From NCBI GenBank assembly GCA_024679065.1, contig JAGIQG010000001.1, positions 123,132,001-123,196,000 of the forward strand: a stretch of DNA of 64,000 bases. The letters run 5' to 3'. Both the position numbers and the translations under genes were made by a program. Of this stretch, positions 12,225-25,619 are shown piece after piece (within the stretch, counting starts at the first letter, position 1; every line of letters starts with the position of its first letter). The DNA comes from Sphyrna mokarran. Taxonomy: Eukaryota. The notes beneath the pieces were generated by a model, which searched no databases, had not been told where the DNA came from, and saw only the letters and a list, made by a program, of their open reading frames with translations.

Positions 12225-14194
12225 TAAAAGTAATGTACATGGCCTCTTGTACTAACCAAGGGAGATTAAACATGTTCAAGAACAGGCAGTCATCGTTAAA
12301 CTAAGTTTATATTCCACTAACAGAGAGGGCAGTGTAACAAAATGCTCAGCTATTTATTACACTCCACCCCCTCTTGAAAGAACAATTCACAAAATAAAAT
12401 GTCGAATGGCATAGGTGCAGAATTTTGCAGGATACAATATGACTAAACCAATATCCATACCTGAAAATTTAACAGGCTTTGTTGCATATTTATTTCTCCT
12501 GTGTTTGAACACTATCTCATTAGGTAAGCAAGCTTATGTAAATTGTGAGGTTATTCTATAAGAAAATAGAAAATTGTATAGCCTGTAACAAAGAAAAAAT
12601 ACAAATCGAGCTTGTCACCTAGCAAATACTTCTACAAAGATATCTTCACAATAAAGCTATCCACTTTACTAGAAATATTTCAATCCATTATTTGCAAACC
12701 AACTTCTAAAAACCTTTAATTTTGACATTTGTGGTGTTGGACATAGCAAATGAATAAATGTTGAGGCTATTGCTATTGATCAAAAAAGATACTCTTTCAT
12801 TTGCATTTCAAACACATTGATATTCACTCATTCTCCTCATTTTCTGGTATTTCGCCATTGGTTGAAAGGAATCTTACGTGAATCATTTCACCTTCTGAGC
12901 CACAGATCACAACTTTTCAGTAATTCTCGAATATTTATATCTATCTTTGAATGCCAAAGATAGTATTCTTGCTATTTTAAAAATAGTTTTCATATAAATT
13001 ATCCCTGTGTAAATTTGATGAATTTCTTCTAACAATATCTCTTTAAATCATAGTAGAATAATGACTATTAAACCCCATAGGAGGCAATCTTGACCTACAG
13101 TCAGTTCATTTCCAAATGTGAAATACTCCTGCAATTTTTCTTCATCATACTATTGAGGCCAGCCATTGGGGACATAATTGAGCACTTTACTGAGCTTCAA
13201 ATCTTTGCGAGTTTCCTTGTTACTTTTTTTCTGCCAGACACTGGCATATAATTTGCAAGAAACTCAGTGGCTAAGAATGAATCAGTCTTCACAGGAATCT
13301 TGAGAAAAATGTCCACAGTTGCGTGATCTGGTAACTTACAACATTTAATATTGTACTGACAATCTTTGTTGTTCAAGCACCATTTTGAGTTCTCTTCACA
13401 CTTCCTCGATGTTAGACATGTTTTTATTGATTCTTACTATGAATAACTCCCGTTCAGTTTAATCTTATTTTCTTAAACCAATTCCTTTCCATAAGGAAGC
13501 TTTATTTCCTCTGACTAACATCAATGACAAGCAACAAGATGCATTATCATATTCCAATCTAACATGAACTTCACTAACACTGGAATACAGTTATTGGTGT
13601 AATTTCATATTGATTTTACATAAGGAAACATGGTTTAGGGACAACTTATATTCTCCATCTGAGATAACAGATAAAGTTGCTGATGTATCAACAGTGAAGC
13701 TATGTTATGAATCTCCGATTTTCATTTCTACTGTGGGTGCTGGTATTTTATCTTCAGCTCTTTTATTTATTTTTTGCATGTGCTTTTTTCCTGTGTATTT
13801 GACTGAGTGCAATTCTTGATCTTTCTGGTTGAATACATCAACTTCTATTTGTGTATCTGTCATACGCACATTCAAAAAAACTGAGATTCCTGAATTAGCT
13901 GCCACAACCTTAACCTGGAGCATCACTGCAGCCTGGAGTTTTACTATGACCTGGAAAATTCCAGTTTTCTCAACTGCCACATCCTCTCGATCTGCATATG
14001 ACCAACTTTACAAAGGTATAGGACTTTGACTGGAAATGGGAACATATAAATGGTGGCTGCCTTGGCAACAACGGCATTTAAATTTCTGACTGAGATTGTG
14101 TGATCATAACTGCTGTGGCTTGGATCTTGTCAAACTGCAGAGGACCTTCCCTCTAATTCTCAACTGTATCTCTTTTTGTCATTTCTACGGCAAT

Positions 14195-14360
14195 AACATA
14201 CATGTCACACAAGTGTCAGACACCAACCAGCTCCAAAAAGAGAGAATGTAACCATTGTCTCTTGACATTCAATGGCATTACCATCTTTGAATCTCCCACT
14301 ATCAACACCCAGGAGATTACCATTTATCAGAAACTGTATTAACCAACTATAAAAACATTG
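14195..14360 (+). mobile_element. CR1/L2-clade LINE RT C-terminal fragment
   Basis: cacaagtgtcag...ctcttgacattcaatggcattaccatctttgaatctcccactatcaac reads LTFNGITIFESPTIN, a recognisable shark LINE segment. Confidence 0.65.
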
Positions 14361-14585
14361 TTACCTCACTGCTGGAACCAGAGGCCATTCACTTCACCTC
14401 TGAATCTCCTATATCCATCTGGTTCTCACTTGTATTATCAACCTGGCATCTGTCATAAGCAAGCTTTCTCTTCTATATTTTATTCTCAATTTCTTTCAAC
14501 AAGGGAGCTCTGGATTTTGTTGATCTGCCTTTCCTCTTGGTTTGTGTTGTATATTCATGTTATTTCTAATGTTTCCTCACTTAAC

Positions 14586-14695
14586 AGTCTGCAATGGGGG
14601 AGGACAAGCTGTAACTCTGTATACATAGGGGAAAACAGTTTGTCAGAATATGTTTCTCAAATTATATGTATCTAAAATTAAATGGATTAACTTGC
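14586..14695 (+). repeat. 110-bp direct repeat, copy B
   Basis: Matches 12114-12224. Confidence 0.95.
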
Positions 14696-14870
14696 AGTAG
14701 AACAGGGACATTTTAAGGGACCAAACATGTGATGTCACTAATTACACGATACATAATTTGCATGGGTGAACTGGCAGTCTATCTTAGCAGCCTGCAGTGT
14801 TAATATTTTTTCAATAAAGCTCTTTGTTTGAAACTTCGTGACCTGCAACCTATCTTTTAAAGCCACCACA
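14693..14870 (+). repeat. Probable solo Gypsy LTR
   Basis: TG...CA bounded (tgcagtag...ccaccaca) with tttaaggg, catgtgatgtca and aataaa, the same layout as the 6346 LTR. Confidence 0.55.
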
Positions 14871-15138
14871 GTAGGATTATACCATGACTGTGCCTGAATA
14901 ATCTCCTCACTAAAGGTGGCCTATTCATTCAATTACATTTTTGCCTGCCAACTTTTGCTTCCAATTTTTCCAGTTCAGATATTACCCTATTGAAGCTGGC
15001 TTTCACGCTGTCAATTATTCTTCCACTGGAAGGTTTCTTGTCCTTTTCCATATTCATCCTAAACATTATGATAGAATAATTATTGTCAATCAAATGTTTC
15101 TTGATTGATACTTGATCCTCTTGGCCCACATAACTTTC

Positions 15139-15929
15139 AAGCGATACTCCCATCCCACTGTGTTAAAATCAGGGTAGCAGGCCAGGAGATTTAGATGGCA
15201 CCTGATCCGCAGGATCGGTGCTGAGTGTCTGGCCCTGAGCGCGTCTCCCAATGCTGAATTTATGGCACTGTCACCTCTGTGCTGGAAATAGGCAAGAAGT
15301 TGCATAAATTATATTAGTGTTCACTTTAATATAATTTAAATGTTGTTAGCAGGCCCAGGCTTGAAATCTCCAGGCCCACTAGCTCCTTTGCTCCCTTTTC
15401 CAAGAGTATTTCACTCCAATGGGGTTTACAGTAGCTCCCCATTTTTGGGGACCTGATGGCCTGACCTCATTGAAGTGGGGGCAAACCAGGACCCCGGAGG
15501 GTCAAGAGCCAGGGTTGGAGGGGCATCCTGGGCACTGGCACCTTGGCAGTGCTAGCCTATGCTCAAGGAACAAAATGTAAATGGGATGTGGCCTAATAGA
15601 AGCGATCTGTGGAGGTGAGGGTTCCACTGTCAGTAGAAGGAGAGAGGCCAGCGTGGGGGTGGGGAGGCTGCCTAGCGATCAGACAGACAGGGGCCATTGC
15701 ACACATGCCAATCTCAGCGCTGACAGATCAGCATATGCACAGTGGCCTACTCAGTGCTGTGCTGCGGGCTTCTCAGGTGAGAATAAATCCCAATAACAAG
15801 ATTTTTTAAAATGTGATTTAATGTGAGTGTGAGGTATTCTATTCTGAACTCCCACTGTAAAAACCAGTATGAATTACTTCAGTTTTTACTCAAATTCAGT
15901 ACTTTGAACTTTTTGGGGAGAATCACCCC
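15139..15929. mobile_element. Non-autonomous DNA-transposon-like element (MITE), same family as 32224-32800
   Basis: Ends gcgatactccc...gggagaatcacccc; 15700-15790 is the reverse-complement homolog of 32370-32460. Confidence 0.7.
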
Positions 15930-16501
15930 TAGGTCTATAAATGCCTCTTTTCTCATTGGATTATGCTTTAGGAACTCTTGTCTTTTCTTTTCTATGCTAT
16001 TATTCCAGTCTGTATTCAGATAATTAATGTTCCCCCCATTATAACTACTCTATAATTCTTGCAACTGTCTGTAATTTCCTCGCTCCCTAGATTCTGACTG
16101 CAGTACCACATTATTCTTTCTATCTGTCTTTGACCCTAATGTGGACATTGGCTGCTGGCTGTTCACTTTCACCCCTCTACAACTGCTTGGCAAAATCCTT
16201 GACTCTGTCCCTGGAGGCAAAATACTATCCTAGTTCTTGTCTGAGGTAACACTTGTTACTCTAACTATCAAATCTCCTATCAGTATTGCTCTTCCAATCT
16301 TCTTTTTGCACCCTTGTGCAACTAAGAGTCAACTTTAGAAGTTCCAAAAAACATGTCATAATGTTCTTAAGCCCTTAATTTCTCAAATACATTAAAACAT
16401 ATTCCATTCTATCCTTTGTCATGTATTGCAGAGTAAGATTAACTCATGCTCAACTGCAGGCAGTCATTATTGAGCTAACTTTATTTATGCATGCCTAACA
16501 G

Positions 16502-17213
16502 GATTCTTAGTAGTCTAGATGAACAGAGGGATCTTGGTGTGTATGTGCATAGATCCCTGAAAGTAGGCAGTCAGGTCGAGAAGGTTGTTAGGAAGGCATA
16601 TGGAGTCTTGGCTTTTATTGGTAGAGGGATTGAATTTCGGAGCCGCAACGTCATGTTGCAACTGTACAAAACTCTAGTGCGGCCGCACTTGGAGTATTGT
16701 GTGCAGTTCTGGTCCCCACATTATAAGAAAGATGTGGAGGTATTGGAGAGGGTACAGAGGAGGTTTACCAGGATGTTGCCTGGTATGGAGGGCAGGTCTT
16801 ATGAGGAGAGGCTGAGGGATTTGAGGTTGTTTTCGTTAGAAAGGAGGAGGCTAAGAGGGGACCTGATCGAAACATATAAGATGATTAGAGGTTTAGATAG
16901 GGTGGACAGTGATAGCCTTTTCCTAGGATGGAAAAAGCTAGCACGAGGGGACACAGCTTTAAATTAAGGGGTGATAGTTATAGGACGGATATCAGAGGCA
17001 GGTTCTTTACCCAAAGGGTGGTTCGGGAGTGGAATGCCCTGCCTGCAGCGGTTGTGGATGCGCCAAGTTGGTGGCGTTTAAGAGGTTAGTTGATAAGTAT
17101 ATGGAAGAGAAGGGAATGGTTTAGTATGGAGGGGCATTGCTTTTTATATTGGTCAGCGCAACATCGAAGGCCGAAGGGCCTGTTCTGTGCTGTAATGTTC
17201 TATGTTCTATGTT
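16502..17213 (+). mobile_element. Relatively young 5'-truncated CR1 (HER1-like) LINE with TSD
   Basis: ORF 16491-16967 (QRDLGVYVHRSLK...LVRPHLEYCVQFWSPHYKKD); tail gggcctgttctgtgctgta(atgttct)n; 7-bp TSD ctaacag at 16495-16501 and 17214-17220. Confidence 0.96.
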
Positions 17214-17279
17214 CTAACAGAGTGGGCAGTATAATAAAATGCTCCGCTAATTTGATATATTCTCATTAACTAAAAACTT

Positions 17280-18236
17280 TTCATAACAAATGTACATTTT
17301 CAAAAGAGCAAGAAGGGCTTAATAGAACTTTTGTTTTGTGGAAAAATCTTTGCTAAATAAAAGGACTAGCTACAACAGCTATTGTGTTGTATTTGTGAAG
17401 GACACAAGCTGCTTTACGAAGTCTCAGAGACTACAAAGTTCTCAGAGATAAGGAATGACATAAGCCCAGATTGAAACCAGAGAGAAGTTATGTGACCGAG
17501 AAGGAAGTAAAGAGTCTAGACCAGTATTCGTATGCCCCTAGTTTACTGGTGTGTTCCATTTTAAAATATACAAAACCAGTTCAGATCAATATTCCAATTT
17601 TTCCTATTTTCTGTGGACTCAGCTCCTGAGTGTAAATTATGTAGGATTTGGACTAATAGGCTGTCACAAGTGACAGAAGGGCAGCAACTTTACCCCTTAT
17701 CTTTCTTTGAAATCTGTCGTTGAAGCTGATTTGAAAACCTACCAAAAGACCTCAAGAATTCTTAAAAGAAGATTCTGAATCAAGATCAACGCATCTTAGA
17801 AAAAAGAACTTGACTAACTGTGACTGTTCCAGTAAGAAACCAAATACTAGTATTTATTATGGAAATGCCCTTCAGTTGTAAACAAATATCTGGGCAGTCT
17901 GCAAATATGTTTGGAGCAATGATCTGGGGCCAGGAGAGTTGGTGGGGGAGGGGATTGTATTAATGTTATTTTTGTCTGAGTGGGTGGTTGGACATACTTA
18001 TGCATTTTTACCCTTATTTTAATTCTGCATCTTTGCCCCAAGTAAGTTTAAACAATAAAATTTGTTACTTGTTAACTGGTTGAAACCTGGTTGACTTATT
18101 TCTCCCATCAAACTACACACAGTTAAGTATATGTACTGAATTAGTAATATCCTTATAAATTCAAACTCTGTTCCAACCAACCCAGAAGTGGTATACAGAG
18201 AGGAGTCAGTTCACCCCTTCTAACCTGGTTTTGATA
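17280..18236 (+). repeat. LTR-like unclassified repeat
   Basis: U3-like purine-rich start with tatgtgacc, aataaa at about 18054, then a U5-like end; no internal coding motifs. Confidence 0.3.
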
Positions 18237-19644
18237 AGTCATTAGGATTATGACAGATGATTGGCAGAAATCCTATGCGAATTTAACCCGTTTTGCTTTA
18301 CCTTATGACTAAGCTACTTGTGAAGGGACTAATCAAATCATCAAATATGTATAGATATTCTGAAGACTATTTCTAAAATTTAAAAAAACTGGACAAAGAA
18401 TGCCTGAATCTATGTCTGCCTGTGATCCCTGAAGAAAAGGAATTATCTTGCAGTATCAAAGAAGTTTATACTTTGATAGCCTAAAGAGATCCACTGATGA
18501 CTTCACAGACCAAATTCAAAGAGAGCTGTACAAAGGCCATCAGCATTTCATTTCCCAAGTTGGCTTGCCAACCTAGGAAAAAGGGCCTCACTATCTTCCT
18601 TTCAGTCTTTAGTGACTGAGACATTTAACCATCTTGGGGACCCAGACAAAGGATATACATATCTTGTCAAAGGTAATGTGAAGAAGTAGAAGTCACACAG
18701 CATGGACCCACAGCTTGTGTAACCAATAATATGCCTTGCTATATTACAAAATCTCATCCTATAAGCAGCTTCACAGAAAATTAGCTCTAACTCAGGTTAA
18801 ATACATGGCCCCCATCAGCAGCACTGTTTCTACTAGAATTATATACTGTTGCCTACAAGACTTATCCATCTCTCCATCATCATGTATGAAGTCAACACCA
18901 CTGGAAAAACTGAATAAATCAGTATTGGTTCTTAGATCTCAGACCTCCGTGAATTAGTAACTTGTTGGACTTAGATTTTAGACTCGAACCCACATAGAAC
19001 ACTATCTCTTTTCTCTGTGATCTCTGCAACATAAATCTTTATTTTCTTTATCTCTCTTTTACTGTAAAAATGCAAAAGAAGCAATGTTGTGACTCCCCCC
19101 TCCCCACCACCACCAACGTCCATTTTGAGTGTGTGCCTATCTGTGCATCATCTTGAGTTCATCCTATCTTGAGTTTGCTGTGGGGTCCTTAATAGAAATT
19201 GGACCACACCAAAATGGAGATGTTGGGAAATAGGCCTTACAAACGCGAAAAAAAAATCAAAACACTTTTTCATTTATAGCCAGGTGGTGAGAGAAGAAAT
19301 TGGTACTGTTTAATATTAACTGGTCTCCTGTCCATAAAATACTGTTTTGCAGAGGGGAATGACCATGTAAGATCTTTCTTTGTTTTCTGGATGAGGATTT
19401 TTTTTATAGTAGTCAGAGTTTTCCTGTGAAGGTTTGTACAGTTCTGGTAATGTTAACAACTTCAGTTGTCTGCTCATGCTATTGCACCACTACTTCCTTT
19501 TCTGTCTGAGGGGCAATTTGAAATAGGTTATTCAGTTTAGTCCCTTTGCTCTTGACATACTTGGGCATAGTTGCAAGGCTCATCACTGCTGCAGAACCTC
19601 ACAATTTTTACCCTCCTATTTGTGTGTTCCAAATGGTAAGTAGG

Positions 19645-19853
19645 ATCAAAGAATCCCTACAGTGCAGAAGAAGCCATTTGGCCCATCGAGTTTGCACCAA
19701 CTCTCTGACATTGTATTTTACCCAACCTTCTTCCCTGCCCTATCCCTGTAATCCCACACATTTACTAGAGTTAACTTCATCTAACCTACACATCTTGGGA
19801 TAGTGAGGGACAAATTGGCATGGCTAATACACCTATCCTGCACATCTTTGGAC
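19645..19853 (-). mobile_element. 3' half of an HE1-like SINE
   Basis: gaatccctacagtgcagaagaagccatttggcccatcgag tail and cctgcacatctttggac body, as in other copies. Confidence 0.8.
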
Positions 19854-20619
19854 AGATGCCTTAAATATGCCATAAATGGAAATGAATAAGTTGGTATTCT
19901 GCAATGAGGGTTAAGCATTTTGATTTTCAACTTTAATTTTGATTGCTTTTGACAGAGTTTCTATATTTGTTCGATTTACTTCCTCAATCATGTCTTACTC
20001 CACCTCCCTGCACTATTTCAATTGGATATTGAGTCACCTGATGATAAAAATGTTTTTTTTCACTAATTAATTTTGTTAAAGCTACATGCAGTTATAAATT
20101 AAGTATTTCCTCAGTAAAGAAGACGCTCCAGCCATTAAGTAAACAGTCTTCCAATTATTTCCGGAATGTTTACACATTTTCGCTCCTGGGTCAGATGTAT
20201 TAAGATGGGAGAATTCCTGGCTCTACAAACTTATTGTTTTAAACTGGCCAATTTTCTGATTTTTGTTCCGAAGTGGAGGTTAGTCCTTTGATAGCTTTGA
20301 TAGTTCCAATGGGTTCTATGCACAATCAAGTTTATTTTTAACAATCGCAAAGGGTGTCTTCCCTATCCTAAAGTGTGCTTAACCTCTCCCAAAGGTGTCA
20401 TGGGACCATATGCAAAGGGAAACCTTATCTCTCCTGACTATCCAGATGAATCTACCAAGTTCCGACCAGTTCTTGCCTGTCCTAAGCTGCACACTCCAAT
20501 TTCACACTTCTGGCTTAGCTCCTCTCGAGCAGCCTGCAACATAAGTGGCCAGCTGCCTCTGCTGAGAGGTGCTTTGTTATGGTGAAATCTGGATCTTACA
20601 ATTATATGTCCAATTATAT

Positions 20620-20915
20620 AACCTTTTATATACCTTTCATGATCAGTGAAGTACTTTTAAATGTAGTCACTAGTGTTATGTGGGAAACATAGCAACCAAT
20701 TTTTGTATAGCAACTCCCACAAATAACAATATAACAATGACCAGATAAAATATGTTTCTGTGGTGTTGATTGAGGAATAAATCTTGACCAGCACACAGGG
20801 GATAGCTTCCCTGTATTTCTTCAACATAGTTTTTTCTTTTCATTTCAAATAACTGTCGGAATTCCACTGAAAGGATGAGTGTTCTGTTGGGAGTCCTGAA
20901 AGGCATTACCTTCAA
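20620..20915 (-). mobile_element. Deu-domain SINE (SacSINE1/AmnSINE1-like) fragment
   Basis: Minus strand atttattcctcaatcaacaccac...ttatctggtcattgttatattgttatttgtggga...gtgactacatttaaaagtacttcactg matches the Deu domain as I recall it. Confidence 0.7.
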
Positions 20916-20984
20916 GATGACTCCTTGTAGATTCTAAAAATGTGTTTGGGATGTGGTCTGCACCTTTAAGCATAGGCAACCTAT

Positions 20985-21600
20985 AGTTCTACTCTAAAAA
21001 GGACTCCCAGAAGCTTGAAGTTTTGATCACCATCACATTATAGTTCATTGAGAATGTGCAACAAATCCTGCACAATGTGATAGCCAATATGGGGGAGTTC
21101 ACTACTTACACGTAATCAGATTACAGAATTGCAGTTTTCTGTAGACGATAGAACATAGAACATTACAGCGCAGAACAGGCCCTTCGGCCTTCGATGTTGC
21201 GCCGACCAATTAGGAACAAGCAGTGACCCTCTAACCTAAACCATTCCCCTTTCATCCATAAACTCATCTACTAACCTCTTAAATGCCACCAAACTTGGCG
21301 CATCTACAACTACTGACACAGGCAAGGCATTCCATACCCTTACCACCCTCTGGGTAAAGACCATCTCCAAGGACATCCACAAGGAACTACTCCTAAAGGA
21401 GGTCCAGACTGGATCATGGGATATTTCAGAATTCTGTATCTAATAGCATGAAGATCTTCAGCTTCAATCTCTGGAGCATCTCGCTGAGGGGATTTTCTTT
21501 GCTGGTGAATCACTTGGACAGGACCATAATGTTATTCCAGCAATCTTACCAGAGCAGTGTGTTGTGCTTCCTGTAAACAGATAACCAAGGGTGCCAAGAA
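20985..21600 (+). mobile_element. Degraded RTE-clade LINE 3' fragment split by a CR1
   Basis: QKLE.F-like segment at about 21008, then after the CR1 ISKDI..ELL..G...MKIF..WE.LA, typical of the RTE ORF C-terminus. Confidence 0.45.
21146..21360 (-). mobile_element. CR1 3' end, same subfamily as 16502-17213
   Basis: atagaacatagaacattacagcgcagaacaggcccttcggccttcgatgttgcg is the reverse-complement homolog of 17155-17213. Confidence 0.9.
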
Positions 21601-22869
21601 AGTGCCAGAAACAGAGGCATGAATGGATGAGATGAGGGGAAGATTCAAGATGACTCACCTTCCGTGATACTCAACTGTCTCATTCCAAAAACTTCTGCCA
21701 GCTCTAAAAATGAATAGGCTAAGATAACCACCATTGCAGATTAAGCAAGATTGTGTATTTGCAGGGAGTTCGTCTGAGTTTGTTGAAGGGCTAAATAACC
21801 TATTTTATCTTAGACCTTTGAGAAAACCAAGAAATAACACCAACTTTTCTTAATCCTATGATTGAATTTAGTATCATAGGTTATAAAATAGTACAAAATA
21901 TTTGGCATTAGTTGTCACCAAGGAAAGAAACAGCGCAGCATGCAAAATAAAAAGTACGTTCAAATCAATAGCTTTAACACTTGCCACTAAGTTTCTAATT
22001 AAGAGTTAACTAAGGTTACTTTGTCTGTTCTATCAATAGCTCCTGATTAAACTATTGAATATTTCCTGAATTTTACATTTCTGTTTGCTGAATTTGTTAG
22101 GCTTTCTTTTGTTGTTATGGTACTAAATGGGATTACAGTAATAGTCCAGGGAGAACCTGGCTGCTCTTTGTAACTAATTATCCATTTTAAGTGAATTGTT
22201 TCTGGATTATCTCTTTGTTTTCTATGCGTGGTGCTCAAGTGAAACTAGACTATCTGCTAACTTTCCTTCAATGTTGCACACAATTGAACCTATTTCTGCA
22301 CTTACTGCATGTTGATTTTTCTCCAGATAGTAAAATTATGACCGATTTAGCACAGCACCATAATTTTAGACCTGCACAACAATGCCTCTCTATCCCAAGT
22401 TGAGTAGTAGAATTTTTGCTTCAACGATTCAATAACATGCTCTAATTAATTCCTGGAGATAGGTGCCTCATTATATGATCTGTGATTACACACTGTGTCA
22501 TCAGCCAGCTGAGATGGTTCTGTGATCTCTCAAGATCCATTCACCTATGAAGGACTCGTGAAATAAAGGTGTGCTGTTGATTGTGAATGAATGAATCAGG
22601 GAAGCATTTTAGATAGCTCATGTCAGTTATACTTGTGTGGTGCCACAACGATGGTCACAGACAATCTGAACATTTATGACATTGAATCGCTTCCTGTCTA
22701 TCTGAACTTACAAAACATAGAAAATTAATAGGTATGAGAAAACCAGCCAAGCTTGTTCCACAGCCACAAATGCTGGTGAATCATAAGACATTTCCCATCT
22801 ATGCTGACACCTTCACAACCCTTTACCAGCCATATAAGTCATATATGGTCCAAAAGATAAAATTCTAAA

Positions 22870-25022
22870 TTGGGGCAAGGCCAATTTTGGTGGTATCAAG
22901 TCGGAATTTAAATGAGGGAATCTTCAGGAAGGCAAAGGGACATCTGATAAGTGGCACGCTTTCAAAAGTGTTTAAACCAGGGTTCAGTGTAAACACATTC
23001 CTCTCAGAGTAAAGGGTAAGGCTAGCAGAAATAAAGAACCCTGGACGAATCTGGATGTTGAGGCCTTATCAAGAAGGAGAAAGAGGCACATGACATGCAT
23101 AGGCAGCTGGGATCAAGTGAATCCCTTGAAGAGTATAAGGAGTGTAGGAGTAGAGTTGAGAGAAATCAGGAGGGCAAAAAGGGGACTCAAGATTGTTTTG
23201 GCAGATAGGGCAAAGGAAAATCCAAAGAGCTTCTACAAATACATGAGAGCAAAAGAGTAACAAGGGAGAGAATAGGGCCTTTTGAGGATCAACAAGGTCA
23301 TCTATGTGCGAACCCACAAGTGATAGGTGAGATCCTAAATGAATATTTCTCATCAATATTTACTGTTGAGAAAAGCATGGAGGTTAGGGAACTTGGGGAA
23401 ATAAATAGTGATGTCTTGAGGAGTGTACATATCACAGAGAAGGAGCTGCTGGAAGTCTTAAAGTGCATCAAAGTAGATAAATCCCCAGAACCTGATGAAG
23501 CGTATCCCAGGACATTGTGGGAGGCAAGGTAGGAAATTGCAGGTCCCCTAACCAAGATATTTGAATCATCAATAATTACGGCTGAGGTTCCTGAAGATTG
23601 GAGAGTGGTAAATGTTGTGCCTTTGTTTAAAAAGGACTGCAGGGAAAAGCCTGCGAACTATAAGCCAGTGAGCCTAACAGGTAGGTAAGCTGTTGGAAGG
23701 TATTTTGAGAGACAGGATCTACAGGCATTTGAGAAGTGAGTACTGATTAGGGACAGTCAGCATGGCTTTGTGAGTGGAAAATCATGTCTGACAAATTTGA
23801 TTGAACTTTTTGAAGGGATAACCAAGAAGATAAATGAGGGCAGTGCAGTTGATGTTGTCTGTATGGACTTTAGCAAGGCCTTTCACAAGATACCGTATGC
23901 TAGGTTGTTGCATAACGTTAAATCCCATGGGATCCAGGGTGAGATATCTAAATGCATAGAAAATTGGCTTCTTGACAGAAACCAGAGGATGATTATAGAA
24001 AGTTGTTTTCCAAACTGAAGGCCTTTGACCAGTAGTGTGCGTCAGGGAGCAGTGCTGGGTCCACTGTTTTTGTCATTTATATTAATATTTTGGATGAGAA
24101 TATAGGAGGCATAGTTAGTAAATTTGCAGGTGACACACCAACATTGGTGGCTTAGTGGATAGAGAAAAAGGTTGCCTCTGATTGCAATAGGATCTTGATC
24201 AATTGGGCCAGTGGGCTGACAAATGGTGGATGAAGTTTAATTTAGACAAATGCGAGGTGATGCATTTTGGTAGATTGAACCAGGGTAGACTTACTCAGTT
24301 AATGGTAAGGCGTTGGGGAGAGCTACAGAACAAATAGATCTAGGGGTACATGTTCATAACTTGTTGAAAGTGGAGTCACAGGTGGACAGAAGGCATTCGG
24401 CATGCTTGGTTTCATCGGTCAGAACATTGAATACAGGAGTTGGGACGTCTTGTTGAAGTTGTACTAGACATTGGTAAGGCTACACCTGGAATACTGTGTG
24501 CAATTCTGGTCACCCTATTATAGAAAGGATATTATTAAACTAGAAACAGTGCAGAAAAGATTTACTAGGATGCAACCGAGACTTGATGGATTGAATTGTA
24601 AGAAGAGGCTGGATAGACTAGGACTTTTTTCTTTGGTGTGTAGGAGGCTGAATGGTGATCTTACAGAGGTCTATAAAATAATAGGGGCATAAATCAGCTA
24701 GTCAATATCTTTTTCCAAAGGTAGGGAAGTCTAAAACTAGAGGGCATAGGTTTAAGGTGAAAAGAAGAGATACAAAAATGTCCAGAGGGGCAATTTTTTC
24801 ACACAAAGGGTGGTGAGTCTCTGCCAGAGGTAATAGTAGAGGCGAGTACAACTTTGTCTTTTAAGAAGCATTTAGATCGTTACATGGGTACAATGGATAT
24901 AGAGAGATATGGGCCAAATGTGAACAATTGGAATTAGCTTAGAGGTTTTAAAAGGAATGGGCGGCATGGACAAGTTGGGCTGAAGTGTTTGTTCCCATGC
25001 TGTAAACTTCTATAATTTTATG
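22870..25022 (+). mobile_element. About 2.1-kb 5'-truncated CR1 LINE (ORF2 RT pseudogene plus 3' UTR)
   Basis: ORF pieces EILNEYFSSIFT, DKSPEPD, KSCLTNLIELFE, DFSKAFHK, QGAVLGP, FAGDT, LEYCVQFWSPYYRKD, then the CR1 tail. Confidence 0.95.
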
Positions 25023-25619
25023 ACTGTAATCAGATATAAGGCAAACAAAATGTAGGAAAAACATAGGACTAATAAAAATTAATTTGCTGGAAAACACCTT
25101 TCCTGCCCATTCAGGTGATCTAAACCAGCCCAGGACATAATATAGACCATGTTTATTTTAAAGTCATTTCCTGTCGATTTGGTGCAATCTCTGCAGTATT
25201 TCAGGTCAACTCTGAGATGCATTTTTTTGAAGGATCCATATGGCTTCAGTAAGGCTTTGACTATGTGTCTTCAGGGGTTTTCAGAGCTCCAACATTTTAC
25301 AGGTAAACAGTTATAACTTTCATAAAAACATATTAGAGAAATCCAAAAAATTGGAATATTTTGCGTAGGAGTTGTCTGCTAGTCATATATTTTAAACTGA
25401 GGGAATATGAGTAAGATCATTAAGGCAAGTATAGTGTGATTGAGAATCGAACTGTGCATTTGGTAGATTACTGAGTCTAGCAACATTGCAACCAGATGTT
25501 TACCTGAGGCAATACAGTTACAATGTGTAAAGAACATGAATAAACCTGAGTAGGTTATTAAGGATTCAGAGGAAGAGATGCAAGGCATGAAGCAAAGATG
25601 TCATAGGAAAGGTGGAGTT

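Larger units (their letters stand above)
12248..17259 (-). mobile_element. Degenerate, internally deleted Gypsy LTR element with nested insertions
   Basis: 3' LTR 12248-12361 is preceded on the minus strand by PPT aagagggggtggag. The homologous 5' LTR (16422-16501 plus 17214-17259) is split by a CR1 and followed by PBS-like tgacaaaggat. Internal relics: gag (14900-15100), zinc knuckle (about 14000-14080), protease VDTSATLSVIS (about 13660-13692) and integrase linker KVLNYVPNGWP / ELTVGQDCLLWG (13070-13200). No RT core seen. Confidence 0.82.

Noticed and set aside
18270-18920. Possible very old LINE fragment (a similar case is at about 40430-40910)
   Set aside because: Too decayed to assign to a family from motifs alone.
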